Notes under the pieces: generated by a model
Databases searched by the model: none
What the model saw: the letters and a program-made list of their open reading frames with translations, nothing else
Told to the model about the DNA's origin: nothing
Source of the DNA: Folioceros fuciformis
Taxonomy: Eukaryota
Direction: 5' to 3'
DNA: 64,000 bases
Assembly (NCBI GenBank): GCA_049999805.1
Contig: JBNGIO010006231.1
Span: 1 to 64,000, forward strand
Program-made: the position numbers and the translations under genes
Shown: in pieces, positions 12,431 through 24,340 of the stretch
How positions within the stretch are numbered: position 1 is the first letter of the stretch
Layout: every line of letters begins with the position of its first letter

Positions 12431-12530
12431 GGCTCAACATCAATCGTACAGATAGCTACGACGCGCACTGAACTTCGCCAATTACTTTGGATGACACCAG
12501 TGTCGAAGTATATGACATTGCGTTGTTTCT

Positions 12531-15500
12531 CTATGACTCCCACATATCCTGGAAAAAGTCATCCGATACTGCTGCTCTGGCGGAATCATAGAGCAGGACT
12601 CGACTGCGGAAGGAACGTAGGTCTCGCTTCTGTTTCGTGGAAGAATTCTGCATGAGCCACAACAGGTAATTAGACGTGTCCAATTGAGTCCTCATCGACG
12701 GCAATCTAGGTTGCACGGGCTAAATTGTCGTGCATCTTGCGCGATGTCACAACAGATGACATTTCAACATCGTCAGCTGGTAGTGGTGGTTGAAAGCACA
12801 GCTGCTTTGGGATATCACTGGTCTCATCTACTCAGGGAGTATGTCGAGAAAATTATTCGAGCTTTCTATGGTCAGGATGTCAATGGGACCAAATTGTCAG
12901 TTACCTCAGGAGAAACTGGCTTGGTTTTGTTCAACAGCCATCATGCTAATCATGGAGGGTTGGTACAGCACGTGGGCTGGACCAGCATTATGGATGTCTT
13001 CCTTCACTGGCTCCATAACATCCAATTCACTGGGGGAGGGTTTGGGGAAGTGGCCATGGCCGAGGGGCTAGCAGAGGCTCTCGTCATGTGCATTCCAGGG
13101 CAAAGTGTGGCAAACGTAACTGGATCAGACAGGCAGAAGCATGTCCTCCTGATAGCTACATCTGCTCCCTGCAGCATACCCAAGCCTGTTGTCACCCCGC
13201 CTATTAGTTTCAATAGCGACTCTAATGCCTCGGAAGCAGAGACACGCCAATGGCGCCTTGCAGATTCAGAGGATGTGGCCAAGTGGTTCCCTCAATGCTA
13301 CGTCTCCTTGTCGGTCATCTGTCCAAGAAGACTTCCCCAGTTGCGCTCGGTTTACAACCTGGCTAAGCGGAACTCAAGGTCAACTGACCCAGAAGTGCTT
13401 ATTCCCAAGCAGTATCCCTACCACACAGTTCTTCTTTCGGATGGTTTCTGGGAGGCCCGTGCTGTTTTGGGCATCAATGGGAACAACTCCTCTGTGCCTC
13501 CAGTCTCAAAAGCTGAACTTCATGACATTCCGATCACGTCAGGGCAAACGGCAACTGGGATTCAAGGACATTCGGTCAGCGTTCCAACTGGGAAAGCCAA
13601 GATTGAGATTTCCTCAGGACTGCCACCTGTCTTGGTTAATAATGCTAAGGTGACCACTGGAACAGGTGTACCTGGGATCAGCACTGGTATGGCCCCTTCC
13701 ACCAATGCAGTACAGGATGCCTTGAACCCTGTCTCAAATGTTGTGGTGAAGCAGGAAGATGTGACGAATACCTCTCTCGTCTCCAACACAAACGTGCTGG
13801 CAACCGGTTATCATGCAGGCACTCAGGTATCACGAGGAGCCAACAATGGTACTTTGCAGGTTCCGGATGGAAGCTTTCAGGGAGTTGCAAATATCCTATC
13901 GTCTCAGGGAACTGGGGTAAACTCTTTCCCTGGAGTTACAATGGGACAGGCGTCTATGGGAATTGGACCTAATGCACTCGGAGGTCAAGTGGGCGTGAGT
14001 AGTCTGCACGTAGACATGGCGGGACAGGGAAATGTTGCAAATGGGTTGCACGCTAAAGTAATGCAGCCATCAAACTTAATAATGAGCCGGGCTGAGGTTG
14101 CTTCTGTCAGTATTCCGAACAGTCAGCTGGCTGGAGGATTGGGCCGTGTAGGGGGTCTAGGTACTGCACCTATGGGCCAACCCAATTCTCGGAGTGCAGG
14201 GGGTCTGACATCAGGAAGTAATCTTCCGAACAGAGCAGCAACTCAAGTTGGAGGAGTTGGTGCAAACAGATTGCCAGGAGTTACTGGTACTCTCTCTAAC
14301 ATAGCACAGCCTACTCAAAGCTTGCAACCATCTTCCATTACACAAACTTCACAGCAGACTCTTCAACAACAGACATTCCAAGCTCAGCATACACTTGGCC
14401 AGTCCCCTGCAAATCCACAGCAACAGGTTCCACAGTCTACTCAGGCATCTGGAGGCAGGTATGCAAAGTTGTGGGAGGGCCTATTAGCAGGTAACCGTCA
14501 AGGAAAGACTGTGGCTATTTGCAAGTTAGAGTGTTTTAGACCGAGTCCGTCACCAGACACACTTGCTGCAGACTGGCCTCCCACAATTCACATAATGAGG
14601 CTCATTGATCAGGAACTCATGAACAGTAAAGAGTTTCAGGGAAAGGCAGAGGGTTTGGTTTTCAGGCCGCTGACTCCACATCCATTTCTCCAGCAGCTGG
14701 CGGAAAAGAAATTGTGTGCTGTGATTCAACTGCCAAGCCAGACATTACTGCTGGCAAGTACTTCTATGGAAAGAAGAATGATGGGTATGTTATTTCCAGG
14801 CGACATGGTTGTCTTCAAGCCAAACAATGCAAATCCTCAGCAGCCAGAAGTTATCAACCCAGCTGCCTCGGCAGCCGCAGGAACGTATGTGGCATCAAGT
14901 ATAAACTAATGTTATTGGTATCCCAGTATTTAAAACGTTAGTGGCTATTGGGAGCTGGTAGAAAATAATTTAAGGACAAGATCTGGGAAGCGGTTCCCAA
15001 CGTTTTTCTGCCATGGACGGGACGAGAGCGGAGGGCAACTTACAAAAGATTTCTTGTTCAGGACAATGCTGGCCAGGTAGTGGATCCACAGAACGTTTGT
15101 CTTGGAAAACCTGTTACATTTTTCCATGATACTCAGAACCTCATTGTAGTAGGCAGGTGTTGAGGGGTCACAAGAACAGAGTTACTGTGTCAAATGCAAA
15201 CCTTCCCTCCCAGTGTCCTTGTGTTATCTTCAACATCCCTCGGTACGTGTCTGCCTGCATGCAATTAAGGCACTCTAATTAAAGCAACTGCTCGCAACTC
15301 CGTACGCTCTTTTGAGAATGCTAGGGACCTGAATATCTCTTGGCGGTCCGTCGAAAATTGCAGGATCGGCGCCTAGATTGCAAAACAGAACTTGTCTTCC
15401 TGCGAGAAACGTCAACCCGATAAGAACGGGAGTTTCTTGTGGAGTGGCAGGAATCTGAAGAAATTTAGGCACCTGTATTCACTCGTGAAAGGGTGAAGTC

Positions 15501-18500
15501 AATTATTGATAACGACAATCCACACGTCCTAGTCCGTAGCGCATTTCCATCCAAACAATAGTCCTTTGCATGCTCTTCAGTTCTAGCTAGCACAAGGTTC
15601 CCCCTGCACGAACAGTGTGGCAACAAGTTGTACTCCCTTGGTCTGTTCAGTGAAGTATTGACAGCCCTGGACATGCCACTCCCAGGATACCAGCAAGCTT
15701 CAGGCGATAAAAACTGAAGGATTAGATGTATTACCAATGGAGATCCCGATGCTCAAATTCGCAAGCAGTTTCTGCAATAGCAAGCGAGAGAACAACCTGC
15801 GCCGAGGCTTAAAAGTTACAGAGCTGTGGACATGGCCCGCATCAGACTGGAAAAAGTGCGCAGTGAGCAATTAGCCCTTACCTGAACAAGCAGGCTTTTA
15901 ACTTCAGCGGAGTCTGCGAGAACGAAGCTTTCCAAATCCTTTCCCCCATCTGCCAGGATGAAAATGACATATCGCTAATTCCCGCCAAAAGTTAGAAATG
16001 CACTAGATGTACATCATCCGGAACAGTCATTAGAGACCCATCAAAGAAAAAGTCGCCATTGATAGTCAGATGAGCGAGGCTAACCTGTTGTTCTGGAAAA
16101 GACATCGGATGATCATTCTCTGATTTGTGTTCAGCATCCCACTCCTCCCATGCCCGGATGAGGTCTTCGTCATACTTTCCTCGACAATATTTGATCCTGA
16201 GAGCAGTAGTGGTGATCATTGCTTGCTATTATGATACACACCTCACCAGAAAGAGACAGCACCCACAGTTTTGCTTTCTCAGCCAAATATACGATTACTA
16301 CCCCTTAGTGGTGATGAAGTTCGTACAAAAGTTTGAACTGTTTGGCAGCTGCAACTTGTTCAAAGTGCTGGAGAGCAGCACCTCGTCATAGAGTTCAGCA
16401 GAAGTCTGCAAAAATGTGGTGAGCAACGTCTGCATTTGGCAAATTTCACCTTACAGGAATGGGCCAAAGCACTGAACAGATTGTGTGTACTTTTTGTAAT
16501 TCCCCGTTAACGCGAAAGTCTCCATCAACAGGAACAATCTTCAAAACAGTGTCCCCTTCTTTGAAAGCTTCTCCATAAGTTCCTTCTCCAATTTTGGTGA
16601 TCTTGCTCATATCACTACCACAGCAACAAAAATGCACAGCTGTTACTGATAGCGAGAGCCATCGGCCAGACAACTAGGTTTCACTCCCCATGACAGTGAG
16701 GTCGTTTGGGACATTACCAGTAAGCAGAGATGGCCTCCCTCTGGGTGGTTAGACGGGTTTGTCCACTTTCTCTGAGGAGCCCGTAGAAAACCGAAACTCT
16801 ATCATCATCCACGAGTGATATATTGCCATTCCCTTTGACTGTAATGTTCTCATTTGCTACGTCTTCCTCATCCTCCTCCAAAATTGCAGAGTACGGTTCA
16901 GCTCTGTCATGAAGTGAGAGGCGGTCCAGCGCCAAAACTCCGAGGCCTGATGCAGGAGTTCTTGCTCTTGCCACTTGATGTAGATGTTGAGATGGGCTTG
17001 TCGAAAATACTTTTCGAGTGGCAAGCTCCTGAAATGTTGACTCTTCAATTTCAGCAGTAAGCCCGAAAGGTGTTCTGGAATGGCTGAAGGATAACCCTTT
17101 CCGACCGACCAACTCCCCGCCTTCTAAGTCTTGAACAGAGGGGGGCCCCTGTTTGTCACTGGAATGATCGTGTGTAAGGTAAGCCGTCTTACAAACGTTA
17201 AGCAGGGTGGTCTGCCCCTGGACCGGAGATCCTGTTGGAGCCCTCAGACTAGAACATTTGTGTGAGCCGTTGTGCTCGCTCTCTTGCATGAGGGCCCCAC
17301 GATATTGGGCAAGGCACAACTCTGCTGTTGGAAACAAATCTGGTAGTTCAGGAGACGGTGCAGACAAACTAGCCGTCAATTTGTGGCCAATTCTTGACCC
17401 CTTGGATCGACAAGTGCTTGACCCTGTAACATCACCGTAAAGAGGTTCGACCAGAGAACAAGCAGCAGTGCCACAAGGCTCGGCTGCAGAAATTCTTTGT
17501 TCCTCCTCCGAATCAGTCACCCGGATGGACCGAGGGAACAGCTCCACAAGTGTTTGCACCTCTTTCTGACATGCTGTAAAGTCTTGAACATCACCCCAAT
17601 GTCTTCCATGAGGAGTTGTGAGCGCAGCAGCTAACATATGTCTGGTCCCTGAAAGAACATAGCTTGCGGGCGTTTGGTGAGAGATCTCCCCTAATGCATC
17701 TTCTGGAACTGCTTCAAGAGGAGCATGCCGAGCATGGAACGGCAACACGATGTCCACAGCTGCTGCATCCGAATTTTCATCTTTCCAGCCTGTGACGTGA
17801 ATGGGAGAGGGAACTGCCTCTTCCAGCTCGAAGGCATCGATCTCAGCGAACATGGCCCGCTGCTCTTGGACAAATTCAATGGGCGCCTCTGCCTTTTTCC
17901 TTCTTTGCATGTGCTGGATCACAACAGCCACCGACACCGCAACTAATTGCCAGTTCACACACAAACTACTGATAGGAATGGCAGAACAGTCTCTGATTTG
18001 CACGTACCGCTCCTCCGCAAGGGACGTCAGCTTTACCTCTCGCATTTCCTCGGTTTTCTGGGCATCCATCGTCCAGGGGATGCACAATGCTGCTCCTCCT
18101 TCGCCTGTCGCAAGCAGGAGATGCGAATCACAGCCAATCCAGCAACACTAGGAATCGCCACTTGCAGGGACGAGCAGGAAATCGGATAAGCGTGGAAGAA
18201 CTCGCCTGAGTGACAGGGACCGGTCCATCCAGCTCTGCCGATTTTGCTCCACCTTGCCAGCACCTCTCTGTGACCTGCCAGTGGTGTGCAAAGAATGGCT
18301 GATTCACAACTGAGAGGAGAATGCCTACAAGCCCCCAGCAGACCGCGATTTCGCATTTTCTGGCAAATGAGTATCAGACTGTACTTCTTGTGTTTGTGTC
18401 TGGAAACAGCTGGGAGCAATTCGCGCACATCATTCTTCAGTGTATCTTGTAAGAGCCGCCGTGGCCCAGCGTCCTTGTGGCGACGTGAATAGACCGCTGT

Positions 18501-18675
18501 GACATGTTTGCCAGTTGCGGAGATAACTTTGTCTGCAATCCAATCCTCCAATACATGAGAATTGAAATTGAGTCTTTGCGAGACGCGAAGAGAATGCGCA
18601 CGCAAGAGAGTGCCCTAGAAGCTCACACAGCCTACCGAACAATAGAGCATCGTTCCGGGATCTTGTGTCCTCCAT
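12531..18675 (-). CDS. HASPIN: Haspin kinase (histone H3-T3), multi-exon; start codon uncertain
   Basis: Exons encode EIDAFELEE, KIGEGTYGEAF, AWEEWD..ENDHP, ADGGKDLESF, EFEHRDLHW|GN, IIDFTLSR, DTYRGM, KTNVLWIHYL..KKSF (ends 15044), and the last exon NSSTKQKRDLRSFRSRVLLYDSARAAVSDDFF (12647-12531). GT-AG junctions checked for the 3' exons. Confidence 0.9.
12744..14909 (+). CDS. MED25: Mediator subunit 25 (PFT1), intronless, 721 aa, nested in the Haspin last intron
   Basis: QLVVVVESTAALG, FTGGGF..AMAEGLAEAL, FPQCYVSLSVICPRRLP; ACID domain YAKLWEG..LAADWP..QLAEKKLCAVIQLPSQTLLL..GMLFPGDMVVFKP. First ATG at 12744. Confidence 0.93.
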   Translation: MSQQMTFQHRQLVVVVESTAALGYHWSHLLREYVEKIIRAFYGQDVNGTKLSVTSGETGLVLFNSHHANHGGLVQHVGWTSIMDVFLHWLHNIQFTGGGFGEVAMAEGLAEALVMCIPGQSVANVTGSDRQKHVLLIATSAPCSIPKPVVTPPISFNSDSNASEAETRQWRLADSEDVAKWFPQCYVSLSVICPRRLPQLRSVYNLAKRNSRSTDPEVLIPKQYPYHTVLLSDGFWEARAVLGINGNNSSVPPVSKAELHDIPITSGQTATGIQGHSVSVPTGKAKIEISSGLPPVLVNNAKVTTGTGVPGISTGMAPSTNAVQDALNPVSNVVVKQEDVTNTSLVSNTNVLATGYHAGTQVSRGANNGTLQVPDGSFQGVANILSSQGTGVNSFPGVTMGQASMGIGPNALGGQVGVSSLHVDMAGQGNVANGLHAKVMQPSNLIMSRAEVASVSIPNSQLAGGLGRVGGLGTAPMGQPNSRSAGGLTSGSNLPNRAATQVGGVGANRLPGVTGTLSNIAQPTQSLQPSSITQTSQQTLQQQTFQAQHTLGQSPANPQQQVPQSTQASGGRYAKLWEGLLAGNRQGKTVAICKLECFRPSPSPDTLAADWPPTIHIMRLIDQELMNSKEFQGKAEGLVFRPLTPHPFLQQLAEKKLCAVIQLPSQTLLLASTSMERRMMGMLFPGDMVVFKPNNANPQQPEVINPAASAAAGTYVASSIN

Positions 18676-19421
18676 TGTCCTCCAGCCCCGAAAGGGGAGC
18701 TAGCTTCAACACCGCCCCCGACACCTCACAATTGGGAACAGCCGCATCCTTCCAAGGAATGGTCTTACGACGTGGGGCATACACGGTGTGTGAGAGTAGC
18801 GGAGTGCGACCAGTTCTGATCCGTCAATCCGCCTTGGGAAGGGCCATTTGAATTTTGTGTCTTGGCGGGACACTGTCAAGTGAGTGTCACATCGCGTCAC
18901 ACAGCCATTGCCTTGACCTGGTTTCCCTCCTCAACTCATGTGGGACGATTTACCCAACCGTCACGTATCAAACACTAATCCCGTAGTAGGGAACATTGGA
19001 CTAATTTAACCGCATAAAGGTTGTTAAAGGAATTCGGGTTCCCTAATCTCAAAACTAAGTGGACCCAAGGGTGGATTAATATTGGTATGATTTACCTTTG
19101 TACTAAGATAATCTTAATATCGTTTAAGAAATTTCATCTTCAAATTATTCAAATCGAAAACTACATACTTATTAAACCTAACCTAAAACTTCGGGGACCA
19201 CAGACACGTGTGCCTCCCTCCTCTGCAATCCCCTCAAAACCCTACTAGTAAATCGGTACATTATTTCCTGACACATCAAACACAATGGTAATCAAACGAC
19301 TGTCGGTAATCTTAAAACAATGGTAACATCATGCACCTTGTACATATCTACTATGCTTTAAATAGGCGAACTTTGCAAGTTGTGAAGTCTTAGGCCACCA
19401 ATGAGCTCATAGTCTGCAACT

Positions 19422-19652
19422 GTGCGAGAACTTGGCCAAGAGCTACAGCCTGGAAGACTCTCAAAGACCAAGGACCGAGTACAACCTGATGTCGTGATGT
19501 GGACGGCCCCCCTCGCAGAATGTTCCCAGCAGGGCATTGGTCACGAGGCTCTTCACGCAAGGAGGACTTATGTACCCAACTCAACGACATTCGTGAAAGC
19601 AGCTGGATGCACAGATAGGTCGAGGCTGATGGGCTTGTTGGCAACAGTTTAG
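19422..19652 (+). pseudogene. Degenerate PLS-type PPR fragment
   Basis: PDVVMWTA...QQGIGHEAL...PNSTTFV and, in a shifted frame, EADGLVGNSL; resembles motifs of the PPR gene at 60228+. Confidence 0.6.
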
Positions 19653-20460
19653 CAAGAAGCAAAGCAGTACTGTCCAGACTGCTTAGACACCTACTGCAAC
19701 ACCAAGCTAGCGGCTGTCAGGCTAGGTGAAGGACTGGCTAGGCTGCAGGCCAATGGAAGGACCACAGTGACCACGCCCCCTTCAGCAACGGAGAGCTGCA
19801 ATGACGACAGCAAGGGAATGAAAATCCGAATCCATATCCTTCATATGTTGAGCAATGATCCAATGGCATTGGTCGTGCTGATTGTCAAACATCACAACGG
19901 GAATACAAGGTCTCCTAGTTGACAGAAACCATAACACCGACCAGCTGCAGTTGCTGAAATGAAGGAAGCATACTACTTCAAGCTCTCTCCACAGTGAGCA
20001 CAGCTCGGCCCTGCAATCCCATCCGCATTTCAGGAAAAACTGCATAGATCAGACTCATCTCGATAGGTGACCAAACCAAGTATGTGCTGAAAAGAGAAGA
20101 GAGAGACTCTCCCGCTCTAGATCAGAGCCGTGGAAAGCACGTGAACCTGAAGATGGTCGGTCAACCACAGTTGCTGTTCAAACGACTGGAATCTGAAGCT
20201 GGTTCGTCAGTTTTTGCTGCTTGTTGCAAACTTGCCGGTAACCGAAAACAAACTTACACTGTGGGTTATGTGGCTACGATACCACAGAGAGGTCACACAC
20301 AGTAAGTAACTACATTTCCAAACTCTGACATTGTACCAAAAAGGTAGGTGAACAGGATATCAACTCGGACATGCAATTAAGAAAAAAAATTGTTATCATA
20401 AGAATGTGAGAAAACATGGACTGCTATGACTTCAGTCTTAGTCGCCAGTGAGCGATCCAG

Positions 20461-21624
20461 CTAGTAAACTTCAACGTGCCATTGCTTTCTCTTTTTCAAA
20501 AGAGACAGTTTTTCTTCCCAGCTCTCTCCTCTTGCCTCCGCTACTCTCTGCAGGGTGTCCTGGATCCCAGGCATCATGCCTTTCAAGCCACAAAAGTAGA
20601 TGTGAGCTCCCTTGTCCAGCAGCTGAAACAACTCCTCGCTGTACTCTTCAATCTTGTCCTGAACATACATCTTCCCACCTCTGGCGTTGCTCTGCTCACG
20701 GCTGAGCGCAACGTCGTACCGGAACTTATCAGGAAACTTAGACTTGTAGCTCTTAAACTCATCATCATACAGGAGGCTGTCGCTGTTGGCCACTCCTAGA
20801 AACAACCAAGCCAAGCCCCCGAACTTGTAGGAGGGCACATCCTCCATGAACATCCGTCTCAAGTATCCTCTATACGGCGCAATTCCCGTTCCGGTAGCCA
20901 CCATAATATGCGTCGCTTTCGGATCCTCCTCCGGTAACAACATAATCTTCCCGCACGGCCCGGAGATAAGCACCTTGTCCCCGGGCTTGCTATCGCAGAG
21001 GTAATTGCTGCACACGCCTTTCTTACTCGGATCCTCCTTCCCCGTCTCCGGGTCGTAATACACGGCTCTCCGCACGCACAAGCTGGCCGTGTTGCCATCA
21101 AACTCATCGCCATACCTGGTGGACGCGATAGAGTAGAGGCGCACTGCATGCGGAGTCCCGGGCTTCTTCGGATTCTCCCCGGGCGGGATGACGCCGTAGC
21201 TCTGCCCCTCCCAATACGGCACATTCCCGCCGTGGTCGATGACAATGTGGCAGGTCTCCCCGGGCGCCCTAGCCCCGACAATCCGCTCCACCGACTTGAT
21301 CGTCGCCTCAAACGGTTGCTTCGGCTTGAAGAGATTCACAGGCGGCTCTTTGGCTCCCTCTAGATCTGGCGCACGCAGGGCCACCTTGCTCGCCCGCACC
21401 TCCAGCAGCCTGCTTCTCCAGCTGGTGCTCTCCGCCGGCCCGGCAGGCCTCCTCTTCACCTGCAACCCGAGCGCATCGAAGGAAGCCACCTGCACGCTGG
21501 GACACGCTACCATCCTGGCCTCCAGGCCCCGATCTCGGCTCCGCCAAAAACAGTAAATTGAAGGCTGCCCGGCCTGCGCCTGTGACTGCGCCTGAGCCGC
21601 CATTGTTGCCGAGTAGCCTGCCAT
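20461..21624 (-). CDS. RFNR: Ferredoxin-NADP+ reductase, root-type isoform, plastid-targeted
   Basis: [61 protein letters not shown], terminal WHVEVY; continuous ORF; first ATG 21624 (alternative 21603). Confidence 0.96.
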   Translation of the reverse strand: MAGYSATMAAQAQSQAQAGQPSIYCFWRSRDRGLEARMVACPSVQVASFDALGLQVKRRPAGPAESTSWRSRLLEVRASKVALRAPDLEGAKEPPVNLFKPKQPFEATIKSVERIVGARAPGETCHIVIDHGGNVPYWEGQSYGVIPPGENPKKPGTPHAVRLYSIASTRYGDEFDGNTASLCVRRAVYYDPETGKEDPSKKGVCSNYLCDSKPGDKVLISGPCGKIMLLPEEDPKATHIMVATGTGIAPYRGYLRRMFMEDVPSYKFGGLAWLFLGVANSDSLLYDDEFKSYKSKFPDKFRYDVALSREQSNARGGKMYVQDKIEEYSEELFQLLDKGAHIYFCGLKGMMPGIQDTLQRVAEARGESWEEKLSLLKKRKQWHVEVY

Positions 21625-22149
21625 CTTCCTCTCCAGCTCCCTTCGCAAACAGACTGTAGCAGCTCCGTGGACACTGGACGCTCTGCGCCTTTCTACTGCG
21701 CGAGCAGGGCCGTCACCAACCTGACTGTTCGACCTGCCAAGTGGCGGGTGGTATGCTAAATGGTCGACCAGTGACCGTCCGTCCAAAGCAGGTTCGCCGC
21801 GTCTGCTCTCCGGCGCCCCTCACTCTTTTTAAAGATGTTTCGATAACATACAGTAGCATTGGTCCTTCGACATTATCGGAGAGGTAGGAGGTAATTATTG
21901 AAAAAATATTTGAGAAGAATTGTTCCTCATTTAAATTTTTTAATACTTTAATATTACCTTAGATATAAGACTATTGGTCTCTTATTTATTTTACAAAAAC
22001 AGGGAAAATCCATCTACCCTTAGAGAGGTAGATAAACCACGATAAGACACTAGGTGTTAACTCCCCTCAGCCTAATGACTTCTAATAACACTTAAAATAT
22101 CATGGTATGGGAGGAGAAAGGGTTTACCTACCACTGCAGTTGCTAACAT

Positions 22150-23700
22150 TGCCTTTCTTGCCAAAGTTGACGTCCTATGTATGGCATTAGCCAATGCTCG
22201 CTGTAGAGCAATGGAAACCCTTTGCCAAAAAACGCTATGGCACGCAAAATAGGAAGACCAAGACCCTTTTCTTTTTTTTTTGTTATGAATTGCCTTAACG
22301 CAAGACTTCAAAATCTTGGAAAATGCCTTGCATATAGCCTTGTGGGTCCAATCGCAAGCGGGATAAAGGTGTGTCTAGCTTGTAGAGGGGTGCACTTGTG
22401 CACCTTGGCTGATGTGCTCCTCTTTTCTATCCAAACAACTAAGGAGTTGAGGACAACATGCTTGCAGATTGCAACCTGTGCACTCAGTTATTACCACGTT
22501 AGCAATAGAAACTTGTTGTTCTCCCTAGATAAGGAAAAGGTTAGTTTAAAGAGAAACGTCATATAGTAGATTGTATGGGTACCCTTTGAAGAGCAGACCC
22601 TCCTTGGCCAATGAAAACATGACATCTTGCATAGCATCATGCTTTGCAATCCGTTGACCCCCAATTAGGCAATGGGCAAGATGAGTACCAGAGTTATCTA
22701 GTGGCCCCCTGCAATTGCAAGAGGAGAGAGAGCATACCAAAGGTTGAACCAAACCAAGGCACAACCTCATTGCAGTAGAGAATGTTTTTGGAGCGATTTA
22801 GAATGCCTAGACGCTACATTGTGCAAAGAGCCAAGAGCTTGCGTCCTTTCTCAAGCACGAATGGAGCCACGCCCAAACCGGCCTAGGAATAGAAGATTGA
22901 GCTGCAAATGTTCATATCCTTTCTCAAGAAGAGAAGCTTGAAGCCCCCCAAATTCCCACCTTAAGAAGAGATGAAAATTGAGGCTTAGCAATCGTAGCTG
23001 CAGAAGAAAGAGAGTCTGTGGCTAATCTAAAGGACACTTGCAAAGGGAGGGCACCCTCCTTAGCACTAAGGATGAAAGACTCCAAAAAGTAAGCATCACG
23101 AATGAGAAAACGAGAAGCCGAAAGGGCCCAGCTCCTTAGAAATGCCACTGGTAGCAATATCTGTGTTGCTAGTAAACCAATGTCTCCAAACAAGACAAGA
23201 GGAAACATTTGTCTCCTTGCAAGGTCCCTCACGTCATAATCGATTATATCACCAAAAACTTGCATAATCCTATTATCAAAGCTCCTCAAGCATATTGGGT
23301 ATGTCAAGGAGGGAGGGACTGTTCGAAGAAGGTACTTTGGACGATGTGCGAAACAAGAGGAAAGAGTCCTGAAAGACACATGTGGGTCCCTTAAATTAGC
23401 AAGGTCATCCACATGGGCTAGGTCTTCTCAAGGGCCGCATCTACAAAGCCTTAAACAAAGGCTGGAAGCCCCAACGAGATGCCTAGAACTCCAAGGTCTT
23501 GTGAGAAAGTAATGTTGCCCTCGAGAAGACCAGAGAAGGCAATCCTAGATAAGTAGANNNNNNNNNNGCAATCCTAGATAAGTAGACCAAACCTTGCACT
23601 TAGAAAACTTCACCTTTAGACGAATACGAGCTAACTCAAAAGAAAAAAGCTCGAAAGGCTTACTTGTGCGAAGGCAATAACAGAAAGGGCCCTAGAGTGA
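22150..23700 (-). mobile_element. Decayed CRE-like (RLE-bearing) non-LTR retrotransposon, 3' half
   Basis: DPHVSFRTLSSCFAHRPKYLLRTVP; RLCLG..CNC...D..GTH..HC..GGQRIAKHD (CCHC plus RHD-like motif); C-terminal QRVSIALQRALAN; many disablements. Confidence 0.7.
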
Positions 23701-24151
23701 GCCATTGCAACTAGAGAAAGTGACCAGATTGAGTTGTCAACCATTGCCATGATTTGAGAGAAGGGGAATGAAGGTTACTTGTGCCTACAACCCTAGGGAC
23801 CACCAAAGAAGAATAAGCTTGTTTAAGTTAGATTGGTCGAAATCCTTGTGCATAAGACCCATATGATGACGAATGCCCTGAGCCGTGAATAGTTTTCTAT
23901 GCACCTCAGACTAATAGTCCTTTGCACCAACTTGCAAGCCTACTTCGCATCCAACATCATTCCAATCTACAGTGTTGTCTTCATTTCCCACCCTAATGTG
24001 CCACTCATGGACAACATCCTATGCATGCCAATTTAGTGTGTGCTAAAAAGTGTTTTCTTTTTTGTCACCTTGAAATCCCACACAATTGCATCATCATCTC
24101 TGCATGCCTATCTCCAATGTTAGGTGCAACACTCAGATAGAATGGTGTCCG

Positions 24152-24340
24152 CAACTACCCTAACTGGCTTCATTAGCTCCTTAGTAGGATCTACTATCTT
24201 GTGCCCAACCATCCTAACTTTCTTCATTAGCTCCTTTGTACGATGTACCATCTTGTGCCCAACCACCCTAACTTGCTTCATTAGCTTCTTTGCATGATCT
24301 ACCATCATCTGCCCCAACCACCTTAACTTGCTTCATTCAC
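24152..24340. repeat. 54-bp minisatellite, ~3.5 copies
   Basis: aact(t/g)(g/t)cttcattagct...cttgtgcccaacca recurs every 54 nt. Confidence 0.85.
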
